Part shown: piece by piece, positions 9,092-18,414 of the stretch | Layout: every line of letters begins with the position of its first letter | Position numbering within the stretch: position 1 is the first letter of the stretch | Virus record (IMG/VR): IMGVR_UViG_3300044568_003163 | Span: 186,001 to 250,000 of that record | Reading direction: 5' to 3' (one strand) | DNA length: 64,000 nt | Program-made: the position numbers and the translations under genes | Notes under the pieces: model-generated | What the model was told of the DNA's origin: nothing | The model's database searches: none | Seen by the model: the letters and a program-made list of their open reading frames with translations, nothing else

Positions 9092-9744
9092 TAATATCTA
9101 ACTTCGTTTTTAAGGACAAAGCTCAAATCTGGTACGGCAACAAATTGAATACCTTGTTTAGCTAAGTAATTTTGAAATACATTTTCTGCGTTAACACATT
9201 TATTGATGGTTTCTTCAGTATAAAAAGATTCGTCAGGTATACTTTCAATCATCGTTTCTCGGTCGCCGTAAAAAAATATGTCACTAGTAAAACCATTCAT
9301 CGAAGAATATCTTCCATATATTTTTCCAGGTTCTACTTCAAGGTTTATATTATATAAATGAGACAAATCAAATCTGCTTCTTACTATAATGTCGTATGTT
9401 GAGTCAACCATTGCAAAAGTTTTCTTAATCTTCTTCCACATAAGTAGAGTATTTAATACGTTTACTCGAGTATCTGATGGAAATTGATAGTCAAAATGAA
9501 AGAGATCCGAGTAGTCTGAGCGTTTTTCTATTTCTAATTTAATCGGAGAATAATTTCGAACTAAAGCTTCTATGTCAATTGGATTTTCAATTTCAATTCC
9601 ACCTTGCCAAAATAATTGACCAGTTGCTTGATATTCCCATGTAGAAATAAAGAAATCTACACCAAGATTTTTAAAGTACGCAGAAGGCATAGGTAAATTA
9701 TATTCTAAGCCTCTAGTATGTCCAGATAAACAATATGCAATCAT
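9091..9744 (-). CDS. Putative glycosyltransferase-like protein
   Basis: MIAYCLSGHTR, FFISTW, YDIIVRSRFD, SDIFFYG pattern. Confidence 0.6.
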   Translation of the reverse strand: MIAYCLSGHTRGLEYNLPMPSAYFKNLGVDFFISTWEYQATGQLFWQGGIEIENPIDIEALVRNYSPIKLEIEKRSDYSDLFHFDYQFPSDTRVNVLNTLLMWKKIKKTFAMVDSTYDIIVRSRFDLSHLYNINLEVEPGKIYGRYSSMNGFTSDIFFYGDRETMIESIPDESFYTEETINKCVNAENVFQNYLAKQGIQFVAVPDLSFVLKNEVRY

Positions 9745-9752
9745 AGGAAATA

Positions 9753-10397
9753 TTATTTTTGTATACGATATGCAATTGCTACACCATAATCGTCTTGACC
9801 TTCAAAGTGCTTTTCAACTCTAAAAATACTATTATCTATAGCTTCTACAAATACGGTAGGACCTGGATGATAATTAGAATCATGGAATATTACAATACCG
9901 TTATCAGAAAGCATATCGACATATTGCCAATCATTTATTACTGCGTTTAAAGAATGCCATCCATCGATAAATAAAATCGAGATTTTTTCTAATCCTATTT
10001 TCTTTGCATAACTTTTTACATTAGATCGATTAAATGAGTTTTCCCTTATTGTGAAGATATTCTTTTCAGCATTATCGAGATATGTTTTATCGTCTAAATC
10101 TACACCTAAGTATTTAATATGATCTGGCTTAGATTGAAATATTGCTTGAGTAAAAGAACCCATTTCATTACGAGAAATACCAATCTCTAAAATACCATGA
10201 GTCATGTAATTTTTAGTGATTGATTCAACTAATTTATAATTCTGAGATGAAACTTCAGCTGAACAGGTTTTCGTAAAAGAACTCCAATCTTCGTTATTAT
10301 CATATCCGGTCATTTGAGGGAGAAAGGAAAGACCGAATATGTCAGTTTTATCTTCTCTAACTTCAACCGGATGACCATTTATTATTAAGTTTTTCAT
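9753..10397 (-). CDS. Class I SAM-dependent methyltransferase (Methyltransf_24-like)
   Basis: ILEIG motif I, YLGVD, ILFIDGWH, GIVIFHD. Confidence 0.85.
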   Translation of the reverse strand: MKNLIINGHPVEVREDKTDIFGLSFLPQMTGYDNNEDWSSFTKTCSAEVSSQNYKLVESITKNYMTHGILEIGISRNEMGSFTQAIFQSKPDHIKYLGVDLDDKTYLDNAEKNIFTIRENSFNRSNVKSYAKKIGLEKISILFIDGWHSLNAVINDWQYVDMLSDNGIVIFHDSNYHPGPTVFVEAIDNSIFRVEKHFEGQDDYGVAIAYRIQK

Positions 10398-10406
10398 ATA
10401 TTTGTT

Positions 10407-11594
10407 TTATCGTTTACCCCATTTTTGAATAGCTTGATCGTATTCTGGTCCAAATTCGCTATCAATACTTTGTCTCATAGCTTTTGCTCCAGCAATAGTT
10501 CCACCCGGATGTCCATGTATAGCACCACCTACATTTGCCATATAATCAATACCTACTTTAGAGGTTACCCATTCGGTTAGTCCTGGTTGAAAACCACAAC
10601 TTAATGCAGGCATAACATTGTGATCGTTTAGTATTTTAACTGCATCCAATGTTTCTTGCTCATCCCATTTATAATAACCGCCAATCATACCTGCATGAAT
10701 GAAATCTACTCCCATCATACCGGCTAATTTACAAATTACTTTCCAATCAATGTGGAAATCGTGATTTTTATTAGTAAGAATTTTATCACCAGATTTTTGG
10801 AAGTGGATGAACATTGGTAGATCTAATTCTCGAATTGCACGATAAACGCCTAAACCACACCAAAAATTAACATGTACTGAATTTCCACCTAATTCGTAGA
10901 TTCGTTTAACTCGATCAATGATGTAAGGATAATCTGCGTGTATAGAAACCGAATAGATTACATTTTTATCTTTAAGATAGTCCATAATCAAAGGTACTCT
11001 TTCTTCGATAGTACAGAAAGATGGATCGCTAAGGATTTCGTCTTCTTTGATAAAATTAACACCGCCTTCAACTAATTCTTTTACCATTTCGAGTAAAGTT
11101 TGAGCTGATATTCCAGTTTTCGGTTTAACAATTGCACCAAATATAGGTTTATCATAAACTCCAGTAAATTTACGAATACCATCAATACCAAACTTAGGAC
11201 CTAAGAAAATATCTTCTATATGTTTAGGAAATTCAATATTAAGAACTTGACATTTTAATACATTATCGATATCTAATTGACCACCCATAATATTAACTAA
11301 AAGATGAGAAATACCATCAGTTTTAAAGTTAATGTTGATTACTGGAAATCCAATCTTCACAAGACCTTCGTTAGATTGTAAATCTTCTTCATTTGCAATA
11401 ACCATACATGAATGATTTTCGAAAAGTTCGTTAGTTTCCCATTGATTTCGAACATTTGGATTTCCTACGCTTTGACCTATTGCGAGATTCCAAGAGGCAT
11501 CTCTTAGAGTTGTTTGAGATTTCAAAAAGTAAGTTACAATAACGTAATCTTCCTTATTAACTTCAGGTCTAAATATGTTTACTTCGTTTTCCAT
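10407..11594 (-). CDS. RuBisCO-like protein (form IV, RLP)
   Basis: GPKFGIDGIR, AIVKPKTG, GGVNFIKEDE, DFIHAG, PALSCG, GGAIHGHPGG; lacks loop-6 Lys334 equivalent. Confidence 0.9.
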   Translation of the reverse strand: MENEVNIFRPEVNKEDYVIVTYFLKSQTTLRDASWNLAIGQSVGNPNVRNQWETNELFENHSCMVIANEEDLQSNEGLVKIGFPVININFKTDGISHLLVNIMGGQLDIDNVLKCQVLNIEFPKHIEDIFLGPKFGIDGIRKFTGVYDKPIFGAIVKPKTGISAQTLLEMVKELVEGGVNFIKEDEILSDPSFCTIEERVPLIMDYLKDKNVIYSVSIHADYPYIIDRVKRIYELGGNSVHVNFWCGLGVYRAIRELDLPMFIHFQKSGDKILTNKNHDFHIDWKVICKLAGMMGVDFIHAGMIGGYYKWDEQETLDAVKILNDHNVMPALSCGFQPGLTEWVTSKVGIDYMANVGGAIHGHPGGTIAGAKAMRQSIDSEFGPEYDQAIQKWGKR

Positions 11595-11617
11595 TGTTAT
11601 TTATTATTTGTTATATG

Positions 11618-11938
11618 TTATATGACGTATTTGTCGTTAGTTTTCGAAGGAGTTTTTACTATTACCAACGAACAATCTTCTAAAAACTCAGGATCTGCGA
11701 TTTCATATGGGTAGATAATAAATATATCACCGGAAACAAGCTTTTTATCTTGAATTATCATGGTGCCTTCGATTAGATAGTTAATTTCTGTAGCTTCTTT
11801 ATGGTAATGAGTTTCCCATTTTTCACCTTTAACATGCTTTTTATAACAAACTTCGAAATCTCCAGTCTTATATGCAGTAGGTTCAAAGTTACCAACAAAC
11901 CATCCAGCTTTCATATCTTCAATCCTAAACAGTTCCAT
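11618..11938 (-). CDS. Cupin-fold protein
   Basis: HYHKEATEINYLIEG cupin motif 1; GDIFIIYP motif 2. Confidence 0.85.
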   Translation of the reverse strand: MELFRIEDMKAGWFVGNFEPTAYKTGDFEVCYKKHVKGEKWETHYHKEATEINYLIEGTMIIQDKKLVSGDIFIIYPYEIADPEFLEDCSLVIVKTPSKTNDKYVI

Positions 11939-12611
11939 ATAAATTGAGATATTTATTTAAGTCTTCGGGAGTACCAATTGGATGATGTTGATTAAATATG
12001 TAGATTCCAACTTGCATATTTTTCTCTAATATGTAGTTATATGAAGGAGCTACATAAAATTCTCCGTTTGTTCGATCATTTCTTTTTTGCATTTCTTCGA
12101 CAGAATCAAAAAAGTATTTTGCCTTTTTCCAATAGTGAAGTCCATTTGTTGCTATATTAGAAATAACTTGCTTTTCTTTTACTTCGGTTACTAGATTTTC
12201 TTCGTTTACCTTAACATATGAATTTTTGTTATGAGTTGAAATAAAACAACCTAAAAGAGCATCATATTTTCTTGCATGAGACAAAAATAACTCTCGATTC
12301 CAATCTTGTATTACTTGATCGCAATTAGTTATTATCAATTCATCTTCCATATCTATGAAATCTTTAACTAGATATGCAGTAGAAGCAGGACCTTCGGTTA
12401 TGTAATCTATATCGAATATCTTAACATCATCGTGAGTAAAATTATGAGACTTTTGTTTGATAATTAATATTTGATCGTCTTTATGATTGAAATTATCGAT
12501 GACATGCTCAATCATCGGTTTTCCTTTCCATGAGATAATTGGTTTAGGTTCATTATACTCAGATTCGTTGAATCGTGAACCTCTACCTGCTGCAGGAATA
12601 ATTATTTGCAT
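11925..12611 (-). CDS. Sugar-phosphate nucleotidyltransferase (NTP_transferase/GT-A)
   Basis: IIIPAAGRGSRF...PKP, TEGPAST, IITNCD, EKQVIS, NGEFYV, IGTPEDL. Confidence 0.9.
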   Translation of the reverse strand: MQIIIPAAGRGSRFNESEYNEPKPIISWKGKPMIEHVIDNFNHKDDQILIIKQKSHNFTHDDVKIFDIDYITEGPASTAYLVKDFIDMEDELIITNCDQVIQDWNRELFLSHARKYDALLGCFISTHNKNSYVKVNEENLVTEVKEKQVISNIATNGLHYWKKAKYFFDSVEEMQKRNDRTNGEFYVAPSYNYILEKNMQVGIYIFNQHHPIGTPEDLNKYLNLYGTV

Positions 12612-12620
12612 TGAATTTTT

Positions 12621-13421
12621 TTATTTTTTTGGTTGAAAGATTTCCACTACCGCATGTGGCCAATTATAGTACGATATACTTGCTTCTCTAGGATATTTTT
12701 TCATAACTTCTTCTGGATATTTAAGAGTATCGAAGAAAATATCTTCTTTCTCGATTACTAATACGTAATCGACTGGCTGCCATCCTGATTCTATTCGAGT
12801 TTTAGCTCGTTTTAATGCCTGTTCTTTTGTTCGGTATGTTATGTGCTTATGGCAAAAATTTACACTAATACTATTCATTGCTTGTGGTGGAATTGTTAAA
12901 CTATGTCCATTTCCATATACAAATTCTGGCTTCATTCTAAAATATCTATGCTCAGGAAATCCAGGCATCATACAATATTCTAGCATAGGCTCAATCAAAC
13001 CACCATTATTAGTAGTATTAGTCCAAGTTTCTCGTTGTGAAATGTGTGGAAAAAAATGAAGATTTCTAATCGTAACCGAATCAACATCAAAGTGATCGAT
13101 ACTTTCTAACATAGATAATGGATTACTTTCAGGGAATTCATCAGGATGAAGTACGGCTACCCATTTTTTATTAGGTGATATTTCTTTTGCTTTCTCTAAA
13201 AGAAATCCTCTAATTGAATCGTTTGATATTCCATGTACTACGTTTTCGTCTCTTTCATAATATTTTACTTCTGGAAATCTAGAACATATTTCTCTACCAA
13301 TCTCATCATCACTACCATCTAATACTAATATTGGATCGAAATATTTAGAGACTACATTTAAGTATTCTTCGAGAATATCATTCTCGTCTCTCATTATTAA
13401 AATTCCTACTTGTTTATCCAT
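12621..13421 (-). CDS. Glycosyltransferase family 2-like protein
   Basis: RDENDILEEYL, VLDGSDD, WVAVLHPDEF (DxD-like). Confidence 0.75.
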   Translation of the reverse strand: MDKQVGILIMRDENDILEEYLNVVSKYFDPILVLDGSDDEIGREICSRFPEVKYYERDENVVHGISNDSIRGFLLEKAKEISPNKKWVAVLHPDEFPESNPLSMLESIDHFDVDSVTIRNLHFFPHISQRETWTNTTNNGGLIEPMLEYCMMPGFPEHRYFRMKPEFVYGNGHSLTIPPQAMNSISVNFCHKHITYRTKEQALKRAKTRIESGWQPVDYVLVIEKEDIFFDTLKYPEEVMKKYPREASISYYNWPHAVVEIFQPKK

Positions 13422-13960
13422 TATCGTAAAGTGTTATATGTTGAAAGTACTTTATTTATACGTAATGGTGAAGTTTTAGAAGCACATTCATATGCAAAAA
13501 TACCATCAGCTGCATATATTCCTAACTCCCATCTAGTAGTCTCAATCAAAGAGTGAGAAACCACGAAATTATGACTATCTGTGTGATTAACCCCTATAGA
13601 ATCGGCATTCAATCTTAGTGTGCCATTAGGCCATTCTTGCGGAAAAGTTAAAAAATCGAATTTTACATTTTTTATGCTTTCGTATAAATCTTTATGTAAA
13701 ATTGTATCGTCGTCATTAAAATAAACAAAGCCTTTTTCTATTTTATCGATACCAAAATTTCGTTGACCGTTTCCTGAGAAGCTAGCTGGATCTTTATGTG
13801 CATATGGCTCACAATTTTCCGGAATCAAATCAGATGATGGTAATTCTTCGGCGTCAAAAACTACGATCCATCTATAATTTTCTCTAGGAATGTTTATGCT
13901 TTTAGCTATTATGTGTAGATTTTCTGGTCTACTACAAGGGGTTATGATATTCAAAAACAT
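13421..13960 (-). CDS. Glycosyltransferase family 2-like protein
   Basis: IITPCSRPENL, WIVVFD, QRNFGID, VYFNDDD. Confidence 0.8.
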   Translation of the reverse strand: MFLNIITPCSRPENLHIIAKSINIPRENYRWIVVFDAEELPSSDLIPENCEPYAHKDPASFSGNGQRNFGIDKIEKGFVYFNDDDTILHKDLYESIKNVKFDFLTFPQEWPNGTLRLNADSIGVNHTDSHNFVVSHSLIETTRWELGIYAADGIFAYECASKTSPLRINKVLSTYNTLR

Positions 13961-14688
13961 TATATTTGGTCTTTTATTGTTGCGTGATATTGTACTACTT
14001 TGTCATGAAACATCTCAAAGTATTTTTTAATTTCTGATCGATTCATTTCAAACATTTGAACTTCTCCAGTTTCACAAGAAATCCAAATTTCACAAGTATC
14101 AGGAAATATTCCATGTCTCTCTTTAAGAGCTACTGAATAACCTGCAGTTTGCATTTTGTAATTATTAATCCATTCTTCGAGTTTAGGTTTTTTACTTGAT
14201 TTAAAATCAATTACTCTAGGAGTTTTTGGCTTACCCCAAATAGATAAATCCATTCTACCAGCATAACCTCCACCTTTCAACGACCAAAGAGGAATTTCCT
14301 GAAACATAACAGATTCTATACGTTCATAAAATTCAGAATTATTATGGAATTGTAAGAATAAATTTTTACCACACTCAATTTCTTCAGGTGTCAAATGTTG
14401 ACATTCTTGTCTAGCTTTAATAAATGCTTGTTGAAGAGGGTTTTCTTCTGGATATACAAATCTAGAATTGAGGTAATGCTCATGTAAACAATGCATATAA
14501 GTTCCTCGATTTGCCGAAAATTTAGAAATTCTATCAGCTTCAGCTTGACCTACTCGAGTAACCCAATTATCCAATCCAGTTTTATCTCCTGTTGCCGATA
14601 AAATTGTTGTTACTGAAGGCAAATATAATTTAGTGCTTTCATCTACTACATAATATCTACCTCCGGTTTTACCTGTTATAGTTTTCAA
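13960..14688 (-). CDS. PD-(D/E)XK exonuclease
   Basis: PSVTTIL, RGTYMH, YAGRMD, VIDFKSS, QTAGY. Confidence 0.85.
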   Translation of the reverse strand: MKTITGKTGGRYYVVDESTKLYLPSVTTILSATGDKTGLDNWVTRVGQAEADRISKFSANRGTYMHCLHEHYLNSRFVYPEENPLQQAFIKARQECQHLTPEEIECGKNLFLQFHNNSEFYERIESVMFQEIPLWSLKGGGYAGRMDLSIWGKPKTPRVIDFKSSKKPKLEEWINNYKMQTAGYSVALKERHGIFPDTCEIWISCETGEVQMFEMNRSEIKKYFEMFHDKVVQYHATIKDQI

Positions 14689-15170
14689 GAAAATAGAGAG
14701 ATTATAAAGTTAATAATCGAATCTCCTGCAATTTTAATACAAATCTTATTAAGTAGAAATAAAGATCCTGCAACTAAACTACATCTAAATAACCAACTAA
14801 TAAATTTCCATAACGAAATAGATTCTGATGAAGGAGAAAGAATTACTAAATAAGCAGGTTGACCCTCTAATCGAGTTACATCCGGATAAACTAATTCATT
14901 TAAACGTAGAGACATCAAAACCTCATCTAATTCTCTCAATTGTTCTAACATCCAAGGCCATGCTTGGTCTTGATATTCTAAAGGCCAAAGCTCTTCAGGG
15001 ATATTGATTACCGTATAGATTCTACCTATTTTATCGACTCTCAATTCATACTTAAACGACTTGAATTTCTCGATAGTTTCAGATTCTTTTAATGCTTCTC
15101 TAATAACGAACCATATTCGGATATCGTCATAAAGTTCTTTAGGCCATTGCCAAATATTATACCATTTCAT
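14685..15170 (-). CDS. Hypothetical protein with C-terminal membrane segment (start corrected to MKWYN at 15170)
   Basis: Longer track ORF overlaps the 15178-15477 gene; the ATG at 15170 removes the overlap. Confidence 0.7.
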   Translation of the reverse strand: MKWYNIWQWPKELYDDIRIWFVIREALKESETIEKFKSFKYELRVDKIGRIYTVINIPEELWPLEYQDQAWPWMLEQLRELDEVLMSLRLNELVYPDVTRLEGQPAYLVILSPSSESISLWKFISWLFRCSLVAGSLFLLNKICIKIAGDSIINFIISLFS

Positions 15171-15177
15171 ATTGTGA

Positions 15178-15477
15178 CTATATTTCAAAATCTTCGATAT
15201 CTTCGTCTCCGAGGGCTTTCGTGAAGATTGATTCTTTTTGTTTAACAATTTTATTTTGTGCGATAATTGCCTGCTTAAGCTCTTCTCTTGTAGTCGGATT
15301 TTCTTTTGCTGTTTTGACAAATTCATTTTGTAGTTGTTGTAATTTTAACTGAGCATCATGATAATCTTCAGTAGCTTTTTGTAATTTCTTAGAAGCTTTC
15401 CCAGATGCTTCATCTACTTTTTTAAGTTCGAATTCTTTGCTGAATTTTTTAAATGTAGGTAGTGAATCTTTTTTCAT
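15178..15477 (-). CDS. Coiled-coil protein, possible internal head protein
   Basis: Late box GATATATA at 15496-15503; N-terminus LPTFKKF resembles the shared targeting motif. Confidence 0.7.
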   Translation of the reverse strand: MKKDSLPTFKKFSKEFELKKVDEASGKASKKLQKATEDYHDAQLKLQQLQNEFVKTAKENPTTREELKQAIIAQNKIVKQKESIFTKALGDEDIEDFEI

Positions 15478-15545
15478 TATGGGTTGATTTTCTTTTATAT
15501 ATCCGTTACACTATTCTATAATCTATTATATGCAAGAAACGCAAA

Positions 15546-15577
15546 AAGGACTCAATCAACTTAATGAAAGAGTCCTT
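15546..15577 (-). terminator. Intrinsic terminator after sigma factor
   Basis: AAGGACTC/GAGTCCTT stem followed by a T-run on the minus strand. Confidence 0.65.
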
Positions 15578-15597
15578 AATACATCTAATTAAAAATA

Positions 15598-16200
15598 TTA
15601 CATTTCGTATTGTTCTTTAAGAATACGTTTTCCACGAGAAATACGATTCTTAACAGTATGAAGTGGTATTTCAAGTTTTTCTGCAATTTCTTCATATTTC
15701 AAATCATTGAAGATTTTTTCTTCGATTACAACTCGATAATCTTCAGGCAATGTACTGAATAAAGTTCGTAAACGAGTTAAATTATCTTCATGTTCTCGTT
15801 TGTCTTCGATTGCAACTAAATCATCAACGTAACTATCGATTGAATCGAATTCGATTTTAGAAAGTAAGTTTTTGTTTTCTGAGTTTTCGACATCAGTCAT
15901 AAAAGTTACTTTTCTCTTTTTACGATTTCGCAATTCCATACAAGAATGAGTGTATGCAATTCGATAGATCCATGTTGAAATATGCCATTTTGGATCGTAT
16001 GTGTCGATTTTATTGTAAGCAACGGTCATTACTTCAGACACAAGGTTTTCTACGTCATCAGTATTTTTTACGATGCTGTAGATGTAATTGTAAAGTCCTG
16101 GTCGAATCCTATCGTACAATTCTTTGAATGATTTCTCGGAACGAGTGGTTTTGAATTTGAATCCTAAGTCTTTTAATGAATCTGCTTTTACTTTCGCCAT
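15598..16200 (-). CDS. ECF-type RNA polymerase sigma factor
   Basis: Region 2 (DDVENLVSEV...YDPKWHISTWIYRIA) and region 4.2 (LKYEEIAEKLEIPLHTVKNRISRGK). Confidence 0.9.
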   Translation of the reverse strand: MAKVKADSLKDLGFKFKTTRSEKSFKELYDRIRPGLYNYIYSIVKNTDDVENLVSEVMTVAYNKIDTYDPKWHISTWIYRIAYTHSCMELRNRKKRKVTFMTDVENSENKNLLSKIEFDSIDSYVDDLVAIEDKREHEDNLTRLRTLFSTLPEDYRVVIEEKIFNDLKYEEIAEKLEIPLHTVKNRISRGKRILKEQYEM

Positions 16201-16230
16201 GTTTATCTTTATTTTTGTTTTTATTTATAG

Positions 16231-16289
16231 TACAAATATAATAAAAGTTTCTTTGAAATGAAACTTTATTAGTGATTAGTTATTAACAA
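16231..16289 (-). promoter_or_regulatory. Early promoter TATATTTGTA with upstream TTGTTAATAAC box (48-bp offset)
   Basis: Matches Bacteroidota -7 consensus TAnnTTTG; upstream box at 16279-16289. Confidence 0.7.
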
Positions 16290-16691
16290 CTATCTTAGCT
16301 TGGTTACAAATCGACCTTCCATTCTTTCTAATGCTTCTTCTGGTACATTGTGAACATTGACACCTCCATGACGGTTTTCTACAATGATAGAGAATACCAA
16401 ATATCCATACTTTTCTGCTAATTCATAGTAAGGTTGCATTTCCCATTCCTGAGTAAATGTGTTTGAAACTACTACGGTATGTTCGTACTTCATAAGGAAT
16501 TCGACATCGGATTGGCACCATGCATGGGCTTCTTTAATCAAAGAAAAATCAAATTTGTAGTTTCCTTTTGTATCAATAAAGTACATATCAGCTTCTTTAT
16601 GGCAATAATCTTTATCACCAATTAATTGTTTAGCTAATGTAGATTTACCAGATCCTGGCAATCCTCGTAATAAGAATAAATGTTTTTTCAT
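16290..16691 (-). CDS. AAA_33-type P-loop kinase
   Basis: LLRGLPGSGKSTLA, EADMYF, AHAWCQ, VVSNTF, HNVPEE. Confidence 0.85.
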   Translation of the reverse strand: MKKHLFLLRGLPGSGKSTLAKQLIGDKDYCHKEADMYFIDTKGNYKFDFSLIKEAHAWCQSDVEFLMKYEHTVVVSNTFTQEWEMQPYYELAEKYGYLVFSIIVENRHGGVNVHNVPEEALERMEGRFVTKLR

Positions 16692-17017
16692 TATGCGAAT
16701 AAGTTAAAGAATAAATAGGCAAAACCCCATATTACTAAATAATTAACAATCTTCAGTGCAATTTGTTGCCATGCACTATAATCGCCTTCCTTAGTTTTTT
16801 GTGGCAATCTAGAAACTAAAATACCTACACATACAGCTAAACCGAATGTTTGTAAGAATGATAACTCTTTGATAAATGGTACATTGTACAATCTAGACAC
16901 ATCACATAAGATATAAGCCTCTAAAGCTCCAATTGCAAAGATAGTTGTAAGGATAACAAATATTCCACCAACTAATGCTAATAATGCGGTTCCTAATTCT
17001 GATTCTGATTTTGACAT
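16691..17017 (-). CDS. Membrane protein (start corrected to MSKSES at 17017)
   Basis: Three hydrophobic segments; the track start runs through the promoter. Confidence 0.75.
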   Translation of the reverse strand: MSKSESELGTALLALVGGIFVILTTIFAIGALEAYILCDVSRLYNVPFIKELSFLQTFGLAVCVGILVSRLPQKTKEGDYSAWQQIALKIVNYLVIWGFAYLFFNLFA

Positions 17018-17039
17018 TTTATTAAGTTTTAAATTATAA

Positions 17040-17098
17040 GACAAATATAACAAATTTAAGTGATAATTAAAAATTTTAGAGACTGAAGTTATTAACAA
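17040..17098 (-). promoter_or_regulatory. Early promoter TATATTTGTC with upstream TTGTTAATAAC box (48-bp offset)
   Basis: GACAAATATA at 17040-17049 and GTTATTAACAA at 17088-17098 (+). Confidence 0.7.
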
Positions 17099-17114
17099 TT
17101 TTTTGAAGGCAACA

Positions 17115-17143
17115 AAAACCAGGAGTAGCGAATTCCTGGTTTT
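17115..17143 (-). terminator. Intrinsic terminator
   Basis: AAAACCAGGA/TCCTGGTTTT stem. Confidence 0.75.
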
Positions 17144-17207
17144 CTTTATAGCCGTAACTATACCGGTCCTAAAATGGAGACCTCTAAGAAGTCTCGCCGG
17201 TTAATCT

Positions 17208-17873
17208 TTATTCAGTGATAAATTCTTCGAATTCTCCTGCTTTGTATTTTTCATTAAGAGCTTTCCACATTTGGTAGTTATTCTCAATGATAGTTTTCTT
17301 TCTCGATCTTTCTGTTTCTTGTGCAATAAGGATATTTGCCTTTCTAATTTCCGAAGCTCTTTTTACCATATCGTCGAATAGAGGATTAGATTTTAATTGA
17401 GATTCTATTTCATCTGATTCCATAATTACGGTATTAGATATTTGAACTTGATGTTTCGACCAAGCATGCTCAGTATTAAGTTCATCAATCGCTAATGTCA
17501 TAAAAATTCTTTCAACGATTTGAAATTTATAAAGTTTCTCATATGCCGGATCCGGACATTCTATATCATCAATCCAATTCATCATAGAATCTTCATCTTG
17601 TAAAAATTGTTCAATTAATTCTTCTGGTGTAGATTTATATTCTTCGAATTTAATGTTTAATGGAATCTTATTGAAAGTTCTAGCAGATTGGTAAGGAGTT
17701 ACTAATTGATAAGATTTTTCAATAGGACAAGTAAATACATCATCTTCGATTTTATATTTCTTAACTATTCGTTGTTCTTTCTCGGCAAAATCCCATACTC
17801 CTTTCGGAAACATGTTACGAGTAATGTTAATTCCATCTAAGATGTTTTGTGTTTTTTCTATGGTATCAATCAT
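17208..17873 (-). CDS. Hypothetical protein
   Basis: 221-aa ORF in operon. Confidence 0.8.
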   Translation of the reverse strand: MIDTIEKTQNILDGINITRNMFPKGVWDFAEKEQRIVKKYKIEDDVFTCPIEKSYQLVTPYQSARTFNKIPLNIKFEEYKSTPEELIEQFLQDEDSMMNWIDDIECPDPAYEKLYKFQIVERIFMTLAIDELNTEHAWSKHQVQISNTVIMESDEIESQLKSNPLFDDMVKRASEIRKANILIAQETERSRKKTIIENNYQMWKALNEKYKAGEFEEFITE

Positions 17874-17877
17874 AAAT

Positions 17878-18381
17878 TTAAGGTGTTTGTGTGTCTATTA
17901 ATTCTTTAAAAAATTCGAATTCTATAGGTGAGCCATTCCAATTGTGAATATTGGCATTAAATCTTTTTTCGTCTAAATCCATTGGTAGACTTCCTCCATG
18001 TACATGAATAGCACCTTCGGCTTTTCCTGGCCAATCTCGTAATGGCCAATGAGATATTACAACATTTTCTTCAGGAAGTACTGCAATTGCACCATACAAT
18101 ACATGATGTCTTTTTAATTTGATTAGAGACATTTCCGGTAAATGTGAATCATATTGTCCACCTAGAAAAGTTATTTTGCCATTAAGAAGAGCCATCGCAG
18201 CTTCGCATGAAAGAGGATCCCAACTGAAATTTCCTAAATGATAGACGACATCGTTTTTACCTACACGAGAATTCCAATTCTGTACATAAGAATCCATCAT
18301 GGCATCTTCATCTTCAAATTCTCTTTCTATTGCAGTAAGTTTGCGACCAAAGTAACAGTCGCTTGTAAAGAATATCTTCAT
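17878..18381 (-). CDS. Calcineurin-like metallophosphoesterase fold with degenerate catalytic motifs
   Basis: FFTSDCYFG, WNSRVGKNDVVYHLGNF, LGGQYD, ISHWP, HVHG layout. Confidence 0.8.
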   Translation of the reverse strand: MKIFFTSDCYFGRKLTAIEREFEDEDAMMDSYVQNWNSRVGKNDVVYHLGNFSWDPLSCEAAMALLNGKITFLGGQYDSHLPEMSLIKLKRHHVLYGAIAVLPEENVVISHWPLRDWPGKAEGAIHVHGGSLPMDLDEKRFNANIHNWNGSPIEFEFFKELIDTQTP

Positions 18382-18414
18382 AGTTTATTATATGAGAGAT
18401 TAATAAATAAGTTT

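Noticed and set aside
10407-11594. True CO2-fixing RuBisCO (phage carbon fixation)
   Set aside because: Residues needed for carboxylation (K334, N123, H294, E60 equivalents) are substituted, there is no small subunit or phosphoribulokinase in the window, and the context is glycan biosynthesis.
13960-14688. Cas4/CRISPR system
   Set aside because: A PD-(D/E)XK nuclease without the four-Cys Fe-S cluster pattern; no repeat-spacer array or other cas genes were seen in the window.
15171-15326. Long overlap between the 14685-15326 and 15178-15477 ORFs as dual coding
   Set aside because: Better explained by a mis-chosen upstream start; an ATG at 15170 removes the overlap.
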